Positions 33,818 to 46,481 are shown, numbered from the stretch's first letter. The stretch is DNA of 64,000 bases from Cyanophyceae cyanobacterium (GCA_038321985.1 JBBQFN010000004.1:32001-96000), one strand, 5' to 3'. The notes: generated by a model from the sequence alone, not told the origin. Numbers and translations: made by a program.

Positions 33818-33925
33818 TTTCCCCCTGTTCGGTGTCACGACTTCAGTCGTTTCCGACTATTTGAACTAAAAACATTTCCCCTGTTCGGTGTCACGACTTC
33901 AGTCGTTTCCGGATATTCGGACTAA
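33818..33925. repeat. Tandem pair (56-nt period) of REP-like palindromes
   Basis: gttcggtgtcacgacttcagtcgtttc at 33827-33853 and 33883-33909. Confidence 0.85.
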
Positions 33926-34172
33926 CCCGTTTAAAAAATTTTTATCAACGTTATAGCGAATAAATTTTATGTTTATTAATATAATTGGGAAAAATAAAAT
34001 AAGTTATCTTAAAAGTATAGAAAAATTTTACATCCATTATTTTATCCAAATTTTATCCAACAAAATACTACTATCTGATGAGTCAATCTAGGATGAGTAC
34101 AGGATGCGATCGCCTCCTTCCATCGGATACAATAAAAGTCAATCCCTGATCAACGTTCATCCGAGGTTGCCT

Positions 34173-34901
34173 ATGTCCAAACCTATTGCCCTTCCCCTCT
34201 ATGAACTCAATATTAATTGGCCCATTCTACCTCCTGAAATTGAGTTACCCAATGAACCCGTAGAAAATACAGACCATCCCTTATTAGCCTCAGCACTGAG
34301 TCAATCTCTGACTCCTGCCTTATACCAAAATGCTTTAATTACAACTAACTTCGCCCTCTGTGCAGATATTAATAACTGCATCATTTTGAAAGCCCCGGAT
34401 TGGATGTACATTCGCCCTGTCCAACCGGCGATCGAACCCCGTCGCAGCTACACGCCCCACACCGAAGGCCCCATTCCCCTCATTGTCATGGAATTCCTGG
34501 CAGAAACTTATGGGGAAGAATACTCGATGGAATTTCAAAAACGTATTGGCAAATGGTACTTTTACGAACAAATTATTAAAGTACCCCTTTATGCCATATT
34601 CCATCCGCAAATTGCTGATTTAGAACTGTACGCTTTAGAATCCAACCGATATCAAATCCAGACGCCCGATTCTAATGGTCTGTATTGGATTCCCGAACTA
34701 GAGCTATTTTTAGGCGTCTGGGAAGGAACCCGTGACAACCGCACAGGGAATTGGTTGCGCTGGTGGAATGCTGATGGTGAACTCCTGCGATGGCCCGAAG
34801 AACGGGCGGAAACTGAACGCCAACGGGCTGAAATCGAACGCCAACGGGCTGAAAAACTAGCGCAACGGTTGCGAGATTTGGGAGTAGATCCTGATAGTTA
34901 A
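34173..34901 (+). CDS. Uma2 family protein with C-terminal coiled-coil repeat
   Basis: KAPDW.Y, RRSYTP..EG..P.IVMEF, WLRWW, AE.ERQRAE repeats. Confidence 0.9.
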   Translation: MSKPIALPLYELNINWPILPPEIELPNEPVENTDHPLLASALSQSLTPALYQNALITTNFALCADINNCIILKAPDWMYIRPVQPAIEPRRSYTPHTEGPIPLIVMEFLAETYGEEYSMEFQKRIGKWYFYEQIIKVPLYAIFHPQIADLELYALESNRYQIQTPDSNGLYWIPELELFLGVWEGTRDNRTGNWLRWWNADGELLRWPEERAETERQRAEIERQRAEKLAQRLRDLGVDPDS

Positions 34902-35012
34902 AGGATTGGAGGGGTGTGAATAATCCGCGATCGCCCCTCCTATTTTTCCCACCATTTGTATTCAACCCTCCTTAAGCACCAGTAGAGAAAGTGCTTCGGA
35001 CAAAACCCAACC

Positions 35013-36200
35013 CTAACGCTTCCTCCGTCCTCTGCCGAAGGGCGATCGCCGCTTATCCTGCAACGACACCACCTCTCCGGCGCTACTTTCCCTTGCCACT
35101 CTAATCAAAATCCCCGCACACATCAAACTGGCAATCATCGAACTCCCCCCATAACTAAACAGTGGCAACGGTAATCCCGTCGTTGGCAGCGCACCCGTCG
35201 CCACCCCAATATTAAGCAGGGACTGTCCAATCATCACCACCATCACCCCGATCGCCACCAACTGCGGCACGATTTCCCGAGTTTTATACGCCACCAACAA
35301 CGCCACCGTTGCATAACTCCCCAGCAACAACATCATCACCATACTGCCGACAAATCCAAACTCCTCGGCATACACGGCAAAAATAAAATCCGTGTACTGA
35401 ATCGGCAAATACAGCAACTTTTGTTGGGACAAACCAAACCCGGTTCCCAAAGTTCCCCCGGACCCCACTGCTAACAAACTTTGAATCAGCTGATATCCAT
35501 CTCCAAAGCGATCGGCCCAAGGATTTAAAAACGACATCACTCTTCGTCGTTGATATTCCTTGATGCTAATACTCAACACCGCCAGGAGGAACCCCCCAAA
35601 TGCCGTACTCCCTAAATAAGAAAACGGTAAACCCGACCCCAAAGCAATCAACCAAATCGTCATCCCACACAGGGCCGTGGTACTCAAATTCGGCTGTACC
35701 AAGATGCCCAACAAAACCGCCACGAAAATTACCAACCAATTGATCCGCACCTGCCAAGTTAGGCGGTTCCAGTTCCCAAAAATTCGTGCCGCTTGCAAAA
35801 TCAGAAAGGGTTTAATTAACTCCGAAGGTTGAATCAAAGCCGGACCCAATTTTAACCACCGAGTCGCCCCGTTAACCGTCGTCCCCAAACCAGGAATGAT
35901 CGTCAGCCAAATCAACCCCAGTAGGATAATCACCCCCCAATCGGAAATACCTTGAATGTATCGCAGGGGGGTATAAACCAGGACGTTAAAGCCGATTAAG
36001 CCCACCACAACCCAGATCAGTTGCCGTTTAAAATAGTAAAGTCCATCCCCAAACTCAGCATTGGCGCTGGGATAGGAAGCGGAAAACAGCACCGCCAACC
36101 CCACAAACAGCCAGAGGAAGGTCAACCATCGCAACAATCGAGCTTCTAAGGCCCATTCTTTGACAGCCGGATCGAAAACGGGAATCAGTAGGCGTTGCAT
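35013..36200 (-). CDS. ftsW: SEDS peptidoglycan glycosyltransferase FtsW
   Basis: GATRW...IQPSE.IKP, QPNLST, GYQLIQS, LP...TDFIF....EEFG, TG.LPTTGLPLP..SYGGSS. Confidence 0.92.
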   Translation of the reverse strand: MQRLLIPVFDPAVKEWALEARLLRWLTFLWLFVGLAVLFSASYPSANAEFGDGLYYFKRQLIWVVVGLIGFNVLVYTPLRYIQGISDWGVIILLGLIWLTIIPGLGTTVNGATRWLKLGPALIQPSELIKPFLILQAARIFGNWNRLTWQVRINWLVIFVAVLLGILVQPNLSTTALCGMTIWLIALGSGLPFSYLGSTAFGGFLLAVLSISIKEYQRRRVMSFLNPWADRFGDGYQLIQSLLAVGSGGTLGTGFGLSQQKLLYLPIQYTDFIFAVYAEEFGFVGSMVMMLLLGSYATVALLVAYKTREIVPQLVAIGVMVVMIGQSLLNIGVATGALPTTGLPLPLFSYGGSSMIASLMCAGILIRVARESSAGEVVSLQDKRRSPFGRGRRKR

Positions 36201-36274
36201 TCAAAGCAAGTCCGATAACTACATTAAGTTAAGTTCAGTATATTTTATGATTTCCCGAATGAAAGCGGAAGCCT

Positions 36275-36301
36275 GAAACGACTGAAGTCGTTACTACGAA
36301 C
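36275..36301. repeat. GTAG-type REP-like palindrome, family ACGACTTCAGTCGT
   Basis: Minus strand gttcgtagtaacgacttcagtcgtttc. Confidence 0.8.
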
Positions 36302-36317
36302 TTTTCCCTCGTCCCCC

Positions 36318-36352
36318 AATGACAAATGACCAAGGACCAATGATCCATGACA
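36318..36352. repeat. Degenerate heptamer tandem repeat (STRR-like)
   Basis: aatgaca aatgacc aaggacc aatgatc catgaca. Confidence 0.6.
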
Positions 36353-36436
36353 TAAGAAATGCAAAAAGAGGCCCTAAAGACCTCTTTTCATAATCATTAA
36401 AGCTCTGAATGCTTTCTGTAGTGATGTCAGTAAGAA

Positions 36437-36640
36437 TTAAGATATGCCGGTGTTCGTACCGGGTTTGCCAGTGGCAAGCTGCACTTTGATGATTTTGCCA
36501 CCCATTTTCATAATCCGTTGCTGCTCTTTAAACCAGTTGTCGTAAGGAACGAGCTTGGTGAAATAGGTATTTTGTAATTCCCGCTGGGTGCGAATCCGGC
36601 TTTGGCTTGGCACGCAAGCCGTCACTTTAAACATTCTCAT
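36437..36640 (-). CDS. apcC: Phycobilisome core linker Lc7.8
   Basis: MRMFKVTACVPSQSRIRTQRELQNTYFTKLVPY. Confidence 0.98.
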   Translation of the reverse strand: MRMFKVTACVPSQSRIRTQRELQNTYFTKLVPYDNWFKEQQRIMKMGGKIIKVQLATGKPGTNTGIS

Positions 36641-36703
36641 GGGCTTCTTGCTCCTGTTTCCGTGGAAAAAATTTGTATCTGAACAAAACTATCTTAATTG
36701 AAG

Positions 36704-36797
36704 CCAGGGAGTCCAGAGTCAATACTAGCTCGCTAAAACTCATCGAAATCTTTTCTCAAGCCTTTGACGAGCTAGCACTCACTCTTGACTTCCCTGT
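36704..36797 (-). promoter_or_regulatory. Long stem-loop between apcB and apcC
   Basis: cagggagtccagagt..ctagctcg pairs with cgagctag..actcttgacttccctg. Confidence 0.7.
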
Positions 36798-36883
36798 CCT
36801 CAAAACTAGATCGAGTTAATAGAGCGTTGTCTGAGTTAGCGATAATTTTTTAATCGCTGCTCTACAGGCTCCACACTCAACTT

Positions 36884-37369
36884 TTAGCTCAAGCCAGAGC
36901 AGATGTAGTCGAAGTAGACGCCCATTTCTTTACCGGCATCAGGACCTACCAAACCGGCGGTCACTTCTTTCATGGCTTGGATTGCTTGGACGGTTGCACC
37001 GATCGGCACACCCAAGGAATTGTAGGTTTCTTTCAAGCCATTGAGCACGCGCTCGTCGAGGATGGAGGGGTCAGCCGCCAGCATCGCATAGGTGGCATAA
37101 CGGAGGTAGTAGTCGAGGTCACGAATGCAAGCTGCATAGCGACGGGTGGTGTACATATTACCACCGGGACGGGTTACATCCGAGTACAGCAGGGACTTGG
37201 CAACGGCTTCCTTAACGATGGTGGCTGCATTGGCGCTGATAGCGGTTGCAGCACGAACGCGGAGTTCGCCGGTTTGGAAGTAGCCCTTGAGTTTGTCAAG
37301 AGCGGAACTGTCTAGGTACTTACCTTGGACATCAGAGGAGTTGATAACAGCAGTAATTGCGTCTTGCAT
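36884..37369 (-). CDS. apcB: Allophycocyanin beta subunit
   Basis: [29 protein letters not shown]. Confidence 0.99.
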   Translation of the reverse strand: MQDAITAVINSSDVQGKYLDSSALDKLKGYFQTGELRVRAATAISANAATIVKEAVAKSLLYSDVTRPGGNMYTTRRYAACIRDLDYYLRYATYAMLAADPSILDERVLNGLKETYNSLGVPIGATVQAIQAMKEVTAGLVGPDAGKEMGVYFDYICSGLS

Positions 37370-37437
37370 CTTTTATGTTTCCTTAAACTGCGCGATCTGT
37401 GATTATTTACCTTAAACGAATGGAGTAGAGAACAGCT

Positions 37438-37923
37438 CTACTGCATCGCACCGATAACGTAGTCGAAGTAGGAGCCAGCTTCGGATGCATCTTCAGCAGA
37501 CAGCAAGGAAGCAGCTACGTTCTTCATGGCACGGATGCCTTCTGCAACGCCTTCAATCGGGGTGCCGAGAGATTTGTACATTTCACGAACACCAACAATT
37601 CCGATTTCTTCAATCGGGGTGACGTCGCCAGCAACGATTCCGTAGCTGATCAGACGCAGGTAGTAGTCCAAATCGCGCAGGCAGGTGGCGGTCATTTCTT
37701 CACCGTAGGCGTTGCCACCGGGAGAAACGACATCAGGACGCTTCTGGAACAGTTGATCGCCAGCTTGCTTGACGATACGCTCGCGGGATTCGCTCATGAT
37801 TTGGGCGATGCGAACGCGGCGCTCACCAGTGGTGACGAAAGACTTGATCCGATCTAATTCGCCCGGGCTCAGGTAACGAGCCTCAGCATCAGCATTCACG
37901 ATGGACTTCGTGACGATACTCAT
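37438..37923 (-). CDS. apcA: Allophycocyanin alpha subunit
   Basis: [34 protein letters not shown]. Confidence 0.99.
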   Translation of the reverse strand: MSIVTKSIVNADAEARYLSPGELDRIKSFVTTGERRVRIAQIMSESRERIVKQAGDQLFQKRPDVVSPGGNAYGEEMTATCLRDLDYYLRLISYGIVAGDVTPIEEIGIVGVREMYKSLGTPIEGVAEGIRAMKNVAASLLSAEDASEAGSYFDYVIGAMQ

Positions 37924-38560
37924 TAACTACTTCCTCCAACAATGAGAGTGTGTATCCAGATATATAAGATATTAATCTGGGTTTTGCAAGACCTTTCTCG
38001 GGTTTTGTGTCTTTAGGTTTTTTTACTCAGTGATTAGGTTTGAACCCCTTTCTCCTGAGGTACCCCACTTCTCCCTAGCAGTATTCTAAGGGAAGGTGGT
38101 TCACAAAAAAACTTTTGACTTCGACTGGATTTTGCAAATACGGATATTTTGCATCATCACGTTTACATTCGCACTCTTTACTTCATATTTTGTAACAATT
38201 CTCCTCAGTTAAAGGGGGTGGGACCCCTGTTATTAGCTGGTTTGCCCCACTTTATCAAGTTAATAATTGGTAATTGAGTAAATTATTTTAATGTGCGCGT
38301 TAAAATTGCGTATCTGTAATTTTAACGAGAGGACTTCTCAGAATAGGGATGGGTCGCCGAGAAAGGTTAGATGGGGCCACTAGGAGGTAAAAGTGGCGAT
38401 CGCCTCCTCAGCTATTTTTTTCGCCACTTGCCAGCACTCCAATCTTCTCCCCCCGTTAAAGCTGAATATTACAGGCGTTCCTCCCATCGCAGCTTTTCGC
38501 CAACAGTTTGAAACCGAAATGCAACAACGCGAAATCCGCATTCGGGTTGACAACTTATGC

Positions 38561-38842
38561 CTAAAACTGCAAATTCAAACGACCTTCGACGGGTTCGTAT
38601 TCGTCTTCCAAGAGCCAGTTTTGAGCGTCTTCATAGCCACAACTGCCAAAAATTAGAGCGTAGTTTTGAGCGGGGTCGCGAATTTCACAGTTTCCACGAT
38701 TGTCACCCCGCAGCAGTAGGACATAAGGAGGATTTTGCAGGGGGTCGAGCCATATTTCCACGAATTCCCAGTTATGTGCGGCTGGGTCGGGTACGGGGGA
38801 TGACGTGGTATCGATTGTTGGAGTCGATTTTAAGTTCACCAT
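38561..38842 (-). CDS. Small acidic hypothetical protein, candidate immunity/antitoxin
   Basis: The 3' 93 codons of the 179-aa ORF (WEFVEIWLDP..PPYVLLL...DPAQNY...YEDAQNWLLEDEYE.V.GR); overlaps the upstream gene by 71 nt. Confidence 0.65.
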   Translation of the reverse strand: MVNLKSTPTIDTTSSPVPDPAAHNWEFVEIWLDPLQNPPYVLLLRGDNRGNCEIRDPAQNYALIFGSCGYEDAQNWLLEDEYEPVEGRLNLQF

Positions 38843-39110
38843 AGTACAAAGGGGTGCGTTCAAGAGTGGGGCTAAGGCGATCGCCAATCGGCTCGGCGAA
38901 TAACATACCATAGCGTTTATAGCCTCGGATTTCACCGAGATATTCACCTTGTTCGATGATAGCCGTTGCAACTCGTTCCATTGTAGCGAGATCCAGGAAA
39001 ATGTGAGCCGCAAGACCGAGGCGCAAAAGACGTTGAGATTGGGGCGTGTTAGGAAGATGTTTAGCACTGTGGCGTGGGTCAAGTTCGATGGGGTCAGCAA
39101 TACCAGTCAT
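38772..39110 (-). CDS. Small basic hypothetical protein (DUF6972-like), candidate toxin
   Basis: 112 aa with KHLP, AHIF, RYG..F.EPIG and C-terminal YHVIPR; resembles a cyanobacterial family I recall as DUF6972. Confidence 0.7.
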   Translation of the reverse strand: MTGIADPIELDPRHSAKHLPNTPQSQRLLRLGLAAHIFLDLATMERVATAIIEQGEYLGEIRGYKRYGMLFAEPIGDRLSPTLERTPLYYGELKIDSNNRYHVIPRTRPSRT

Positions 39111-39347
39111 GGCAGGTTAAGACGATCGCCAATAGGAAGATTTTCCGCATTTTAAACCTCTGTAATCCAAAGTGTCGTCTATTGAAACCCTAGAGTGAGC
39201 AGGTTACCTCAATTCCTATGGTGAATCAATGATTCTCTGAACTTGCCAACTCGACCATTACAAAAACGAAGAATTTTAATGGTCTTAGCCCCACAGATTC
39301 GGATCACGGAGTATGTCAAGCTGGAGATAGTCACACCCAACAGACCT

Positions 39348-39923
39348 ATGATTGCAATTCCCCACTATATCAGCCCCAGCGACTACCTGGCCCTCGATCG
39401 CCAAAACCCTATCCGCCACGAATACCGACATGGCCTCGTTTACGCTATGGCAGGGGGTAGCGATCGCCATTCACGGATTGCTATAAACCTCCTAAGTGAG
39501 ATTGATCGACACCTTGGCGACTCACCCTATCGCTTCTACGGCAGCACTGTCAAAGTCAACTACAAAGATAAGTTTTATTACTATCCCGATGCCTTCGTAA
39601 CCTGTGACCCGCGCGTTGGCGATAGCCTTGCGGAGCAACCTCGCGAAGACCGCTACATTAAACGGTATCCTAAGTTCATCGCCGAAGTGCTTTCAAGCAG
39701 CACCGAAGCCTTTGACCGTGACCTCAAATTCACCGACTACCAAAACCTTGATAGCCTGGAAGAATACGTGCTAATTTCCCAAGACAGCCAGCGCGTCGAA
39801 TGCCGTCGCCGCACTGCTGCCGATACTTGGGAAACTACGATTTATGAGGCGGGCGATCGCATTACCCTCACCAGCCTTGACCTTGAATTTCCCATTGAAC
39901 GACTCTATCGAGGTCTGGATTAA
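39348..39923 (+). CDS. Uma2 family protein, close paralogue of 2734-3291, with an 8-codon insertion
   Basis: MIAIPHYISP, YAMAGG, VKVNYKDKFYYYPDAFVTCD, RYPKFIAEVLS. Confidence 0.9.
   Translation: MIAIPHYISPSDYLALDRQNPIRHEYRHGLVYAMAGGSDRHSRIAINLLSEIDRHLGDSPYRFYGSTVKVNYKDKFYYYPDAFVTCDPRVGDSLAEQPREDRYIKRYPKFIAEVLSSSTEAFDRDLKFTDYQNLDSLEEYVLISQDSQRVECRRRTAADTWETTIYEAGDRITLTSLDLEFPIERLYRGLD
39613..39644 (+). mobile_element. SDR5-like 24-nt insertion within a HIP1 site
   Basis: GCG|ttggcgatagccttgcggagcaac|CTCGC, where the paralogue at ~3002 has GCGATCGC. Confidence 0.65.
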
Positions 39924-40006
39924 CCCTCAAATGCCTAAGTATAAGCCCTATCAAATCAATGCTGCTATCGTTATATTTTTCGGAGCGTTCCATTCTAATA
40001 TTTTCA

Positions 40007-40357
40007 TTAATTAACTACATTCTCATCATTTATTAGGAGCATGATAGTTCTGTATAATGGTTCAAGCTCAACATGAATAATATCTCAAACTATTTGAGGA
40101 TTAACGATAAAATAAGTATGTACAATTACCTCCCTTAACCCTGCGACCTGTCGCTAGGGAATTTCAGGATATTGCTGCCTGAGAGAATCGGGAATCTGTT
40201 TAGTTGCCTCCCCAATAATCAGCAAATTATGAACAACCGCATCTAATGTTTTGGCGTCTCCAACAAAGTCGGAATAATCCAGGCCCTCTATGTAATCTTT
40301 TATTTTATCAATGCAACTACAAATATCCTGCAAATATAGCCTTAGATCACGAGACAT
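40007..40357 (-). pseudogene. HepT/DUF86 HEPN ribonuclease toxin pseudogene
   Basis: MSRD..YL.DI, DAV..NL.IIGEA, YPEIP*RQVAGLREVIVHTYF..NPQIV*DII; stops at 40154-40156 and 40085-40087 fall where Trp is expected. Confidence 0.85.
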
Positions 40358-40667
40358 AGACGACCTCTCTTAAAATCTTTTCTCGAATCTGAGCCTTAAT
40401 ATCTTCTTGAATCACCAAATCCACCTTGCGCCCGAATAAATCCTCTAAGAAAAACTTTAAATCCATATATTTTCGGAACGTGGGTGCCCCCTCAAACTCC
40501 ACCAAAACATCTAAGTCACTACTATCGGTCATCTCTCCGCGAACAAAAGAACCAAAAACCCCCAAAGAGTTAACCCCGTAGGTTAACTGAACTTGAGGAA
40601 GATACTGTTTTAACACCCTATACACTTCCTCAAAATTACAATAAGTTAAACCATTAAGTTCCCCCAT
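40347..40667 (-). CDS. Minimal nucleotidyltransferase (MNT) antitoxin
   Basis: YGV..LGVFGSFVRGE....SDLDVLVEF, LEDLFGRKVDLV. Confidence 0.92.
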   Translation of the reverse strand: MGELNGLTYCNFEEVYRVLKQYLPQVQLTYGVNSLGVFGSFVRGEMTDSSDLDVLVEFEGAPTFRKYMDLKFFLEDLFGRKVDLVIQEDIKAQIREKILREVVYVS

Positions 40668-40669
40668 GA

Positions 40670-40870
40670 CTAAACCCCCCTCTCTTTATAGCTCAGACAA
40701 GCCAAGATATCTTCTTGAGTAAGATAGGGAAAGTCATCTAGGATTTCTGGGTAGGTCATGCCAGAGGCTAAATAAGACAGCACATCATAAACGGTGATTC
40801 TCATTCCACGAATACAGGGTTTACCACTGCGTTTGCCCGGTTCTAGGGTGATGCGATCGCCATAGTTCAT
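40670..40870 (-). CDS. DUF433 family antitoxin-like protein, apparently C-terminally truncated
   Basis: RITLEPGKRSGKPCIRGMRITVYDVL.YLASG....EILDDFP.LT.EDI.ACL.Y; GAGG precedes ATG 40870. Confidence 0.88.
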   Translation of the reverse strand: MNYGDRITLEPGKRSGKPCIRGMRITVYDVLSYLASGMTYPEILDDFPYLTQEDILACLSYKERGV

Positions 40871-40979
40871 GGTTTCTACCTCTTTTTCAAATTTTTCAAG
40901 GATTAATGACTTTGAGTTTGCCGGTAACGACATCATTTCAAGGCAATAACCAATGTACTCATTATGGCTGGCAATGGGC

Positions 40980-41180
40980 AAGTTTGCGATCGCCCTCCGT
41001 AGTCTAACCGCCGCGATGAAACTCCAGATAAAGTTCATTCCGCCACACCGGGAGAGTCGCCAGCAGTTGGGTTTCCAAGTGATGCAGATCATCCGTTGCC
41101 GAGGAAAACAGTAACCGGGGGAAGTGGAGCCACTGCCATTGTCGCTTACCCCTGGCAACGACCTGCGATCTCATGCTGAC
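40980..41180 (-). pseudogene. Fragment of a GH38 alpha-mannosidase gene
   Basis: FPRL.F...LPVWRNELYLEFHRGG*TT.GD.K matches the GH38 motif LPVW..ELYLE.HRG.YTT, with an in-frame stop. Confidence 0.65.
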
Positions 41181-41193
41181 CAACCTTCCCATC

Positions 41194-41274
41194 AAAAAAC
41201 CCAGCCTGTCATCCAGACTGGGTTATCTAACTTTTCTCAAGGGGAGATAAATCTAACTAAACCTATCTCCCCTT
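41194..41274 (-). terminator. Two hairpins terminating apcE
   Basis: aaggggagata...tatctcccctt, then cccagtctg..caggctggg followed by a T-run on the minus strand. Confidence 0.7.
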
Positions 41275-41295
41275 AAAAATTGCATTTCCTCAAGA

Positions 41296-44553
<3,258 letters not shown>

Positions 44554-45006
44554 TCAAAAGCTCCCAATAGAATTATCATTTTGTGGCATCAATGGGTTTA
44601 GATGCCGGTTTAAACTGCCACGCTGAGTCAGGATGAAGGATTGATGTCGATAAGGATGTCCTTAATTTTGGATTCCTCCCGAAGCCTTTCCCATGTCCTT
44701 TAACCCACTATCGGGGGTTTACTTTGACATAGTTTTTAGCTTAAAACGATTCGGTATCACCCCCTCTTATGTTAAGAATTATGTAGAATTTTGACCCAGC
44801 GCCTATCGTGCCATCATATTGGATCGCGGCACCTAACTGAGAAAAAAGATAAGTTTTGTTACGTTCTGAATTGTAAACTATAAATTGGTAATTTCAAACC
44901 TGTGATTTGCATCAGATGAAGGGGACTTGGCGATCGCCTTCGTCCCTATTCTGATTCTGTTTGTGTCTTGTTTTCCTGTCCATCATCCATCCACAATCTT
45001 GCTATT

Positions 45007-46227
45007 ATGCCGAACTCTGAACAGATTACTGCTGCGGTTAGACAACTTTATGATACTTACCCGTTTCCCCCAGAAGCCCTCCTCGATGAACCGCCTCCGG
45101 GGTACAATTGGCGCTGGACTTGGCCTGCTGCTTATGCCTTCTGCACCGGGCGCAAACCGGCAACTCAGGCGGTGAGGATTTTGGATGCGGGATGCGGGAC
45201 GGGTGTGGGAACGGAGTATTTGGTGCATCTGAACCCGGAAGCGCAGATTACGGGGATTGATTTAAGTGGGGGGGCCTTAGATGTGGCGCGCGATCGCTGT
45301 CGTCGGTCTGGGGCCTCTCGGGTTGAGTTCCATCATCTCAGTATTTATGATGTGGGGCAACTGGAAGGGGAATTTGACCATATTAATTGTGTGGGGGTGT
45401 TGCATCACCTCCCGGATCCTATTCGCGGGATTCAGGCATTAGCGACAAAGTTGGCCCCTGGGGGGATTATGCATATTTTTGTGTATGCGGAGTTAGGACG
45501 CTGGGAAATTCAACTGATGCAACAGGCGATCGCCCTCCTGCAAGGGGACAAATCCGGAGACTATCAAGAAGGCGTAAAAATTGGGCGGAAAGTGTTTGCA
45601 GCCTTACCGGAAAATAACCGTTTAGTCAAGCGAGAAAAAGAACGGTGGGCGATGGAAAATCATCGGGATGCCAATTTTGCCGATATGTATCTGCATCCGC
45701 AAGAAATTGACTATAACATTGATACATTGTTTGAGTTGATTGATGCCTCGGGGTTAGAGTTTTTAGGGTTTTCCAATCCAGATTATTGGAATAGCGAACG
45801 GTTGTTGGGACAGGATTCAGAGTTGATGGGAGAGGCGCAAAATTTAGGCGATCGGGCCCGATATCGACTCATTGAACTCCTTGATCCAGAAATCACCCAT
45901 TATGAGTTTTTCCTAGCCCGTCCTCCCCTGGTTAAAATGGATTGGGGAAATGATGAAGCCTTGTTATCCGCCATTCCCGAAGTGAGCCTCTGCCTCCAAG
46001 GATGGCCCTCACAACACTTATTTGATTACAACTATCAACTCGTCACCTTATCCGATGATGAGTTTGAGTTTATGAAAGGCTGTGATTCCAATTCCCAGGA
46101 AGGGGAGAAGATGAAAACCGTGGGAGAGATTTTAGCAGGAGTGAACTTGGATTTAGAGGGAGTCAGAAGTTTACAAAAACGGCAATTGATTTTACTGAGT
46201 CCCGCAGCGTCAAGCCTAGGGCTATAG
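45007..46227 (+). CDS. Class I SAM-dependent methyltransferase
   Basis: ILDAGCGTG, GIDLS, FDHINCVGVLHH, LAPGG. Confidence 0.92.
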   Translation: MPNSEQITAAVRQLYDTYPFPPEALLDEPPPGYNWRWTWPAAYAFCTGRKPATQAVRILDAGCGTGVGTEYLVHLNPEAQITGIDLSGGALDVARDRCRRSGASRVEFHHLSIYDVGQLEGEFDHINCVGVLHHLPDPIRGIQALATKLAPGGIMHIFVYAELGRWEIQLMQQAIALLQGDKSGDYQEGVKIGRKVFAALPENNRLVKREKERWAMENHRDANFADMYLHPQEIDYNIDTLFELIDASGLEFLGFSNPDYWNSERLLGQDSELMGEAQNLGDRARYRLIELLDPEITHYEFFLARPPLVKMDWGNDEALLSAIPEVSLCLQGWPSQHLFDYNYQLVTLSDDEFEFMKGCDSNSQEGEKMKTVGEILAGVNLDLEGVRSLQKRQLILLSPAASSLGL

Positions 46228-46354
46228 GAACAAAGCCCGTGCTTCGACAAGCTCAGCAGAGCCCTGCGCGGGCTACTCCGGTCCCCTCTCCTTGGCAAGG
46301 AGAGGGTTAGGGTGAGGTTCTTCCCAATCCCCCACCGAGCCCCGCAGCGTCAAG
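46201..46354. repeat. REP cassette flanked by 14-bp direct repeats
   Basis: cccgcagcgtcaag at 46201 and 46341 flanks cttcgacaagctcag and ccggtcccctctccttggcaaggagagggttagggtgagg. Confidence 0.65.
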
Positions 46355-46481
46355 ATAAGCCCACCCTACAATTGCTAGTGCGATCGCGCAAAACAACAAT
46401 CAATCAGAAACATGGCAGTTTGACCGTATCCCATCACCGAATCGCTATAATCAAACCGTCCCCTAGTTTCTGGTCGATACT

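Noticed and set aside
33818..33925. Possible mini CRISPR array
   Set aside because: Only two repeats, the following sequences resemble each other, no cas genes are present, and the same palindrome is dispersed elsewhere as a REP-like element.
38843..39100. N-terminal half of the 179-aa ORF 38561-39100
   Set aside because: It overlaps the more credible 112-aa gene in another frame; only the 3' ~93 codons look like real protein.
40007..40357. Stop-codon recoding of the HepT gene
   Set aside because: TAG and TGA act as normal stops throughout the window; two G-to-A nonsense changes are simpler.
40871..41158. N-terminal extension of the 162-aa DUF433 ORF
   Set aside because: DUF433 similarity starts at ATG 40870 with an RBS; the upstream sequence is better explained by the GH38 fragment in another frame.
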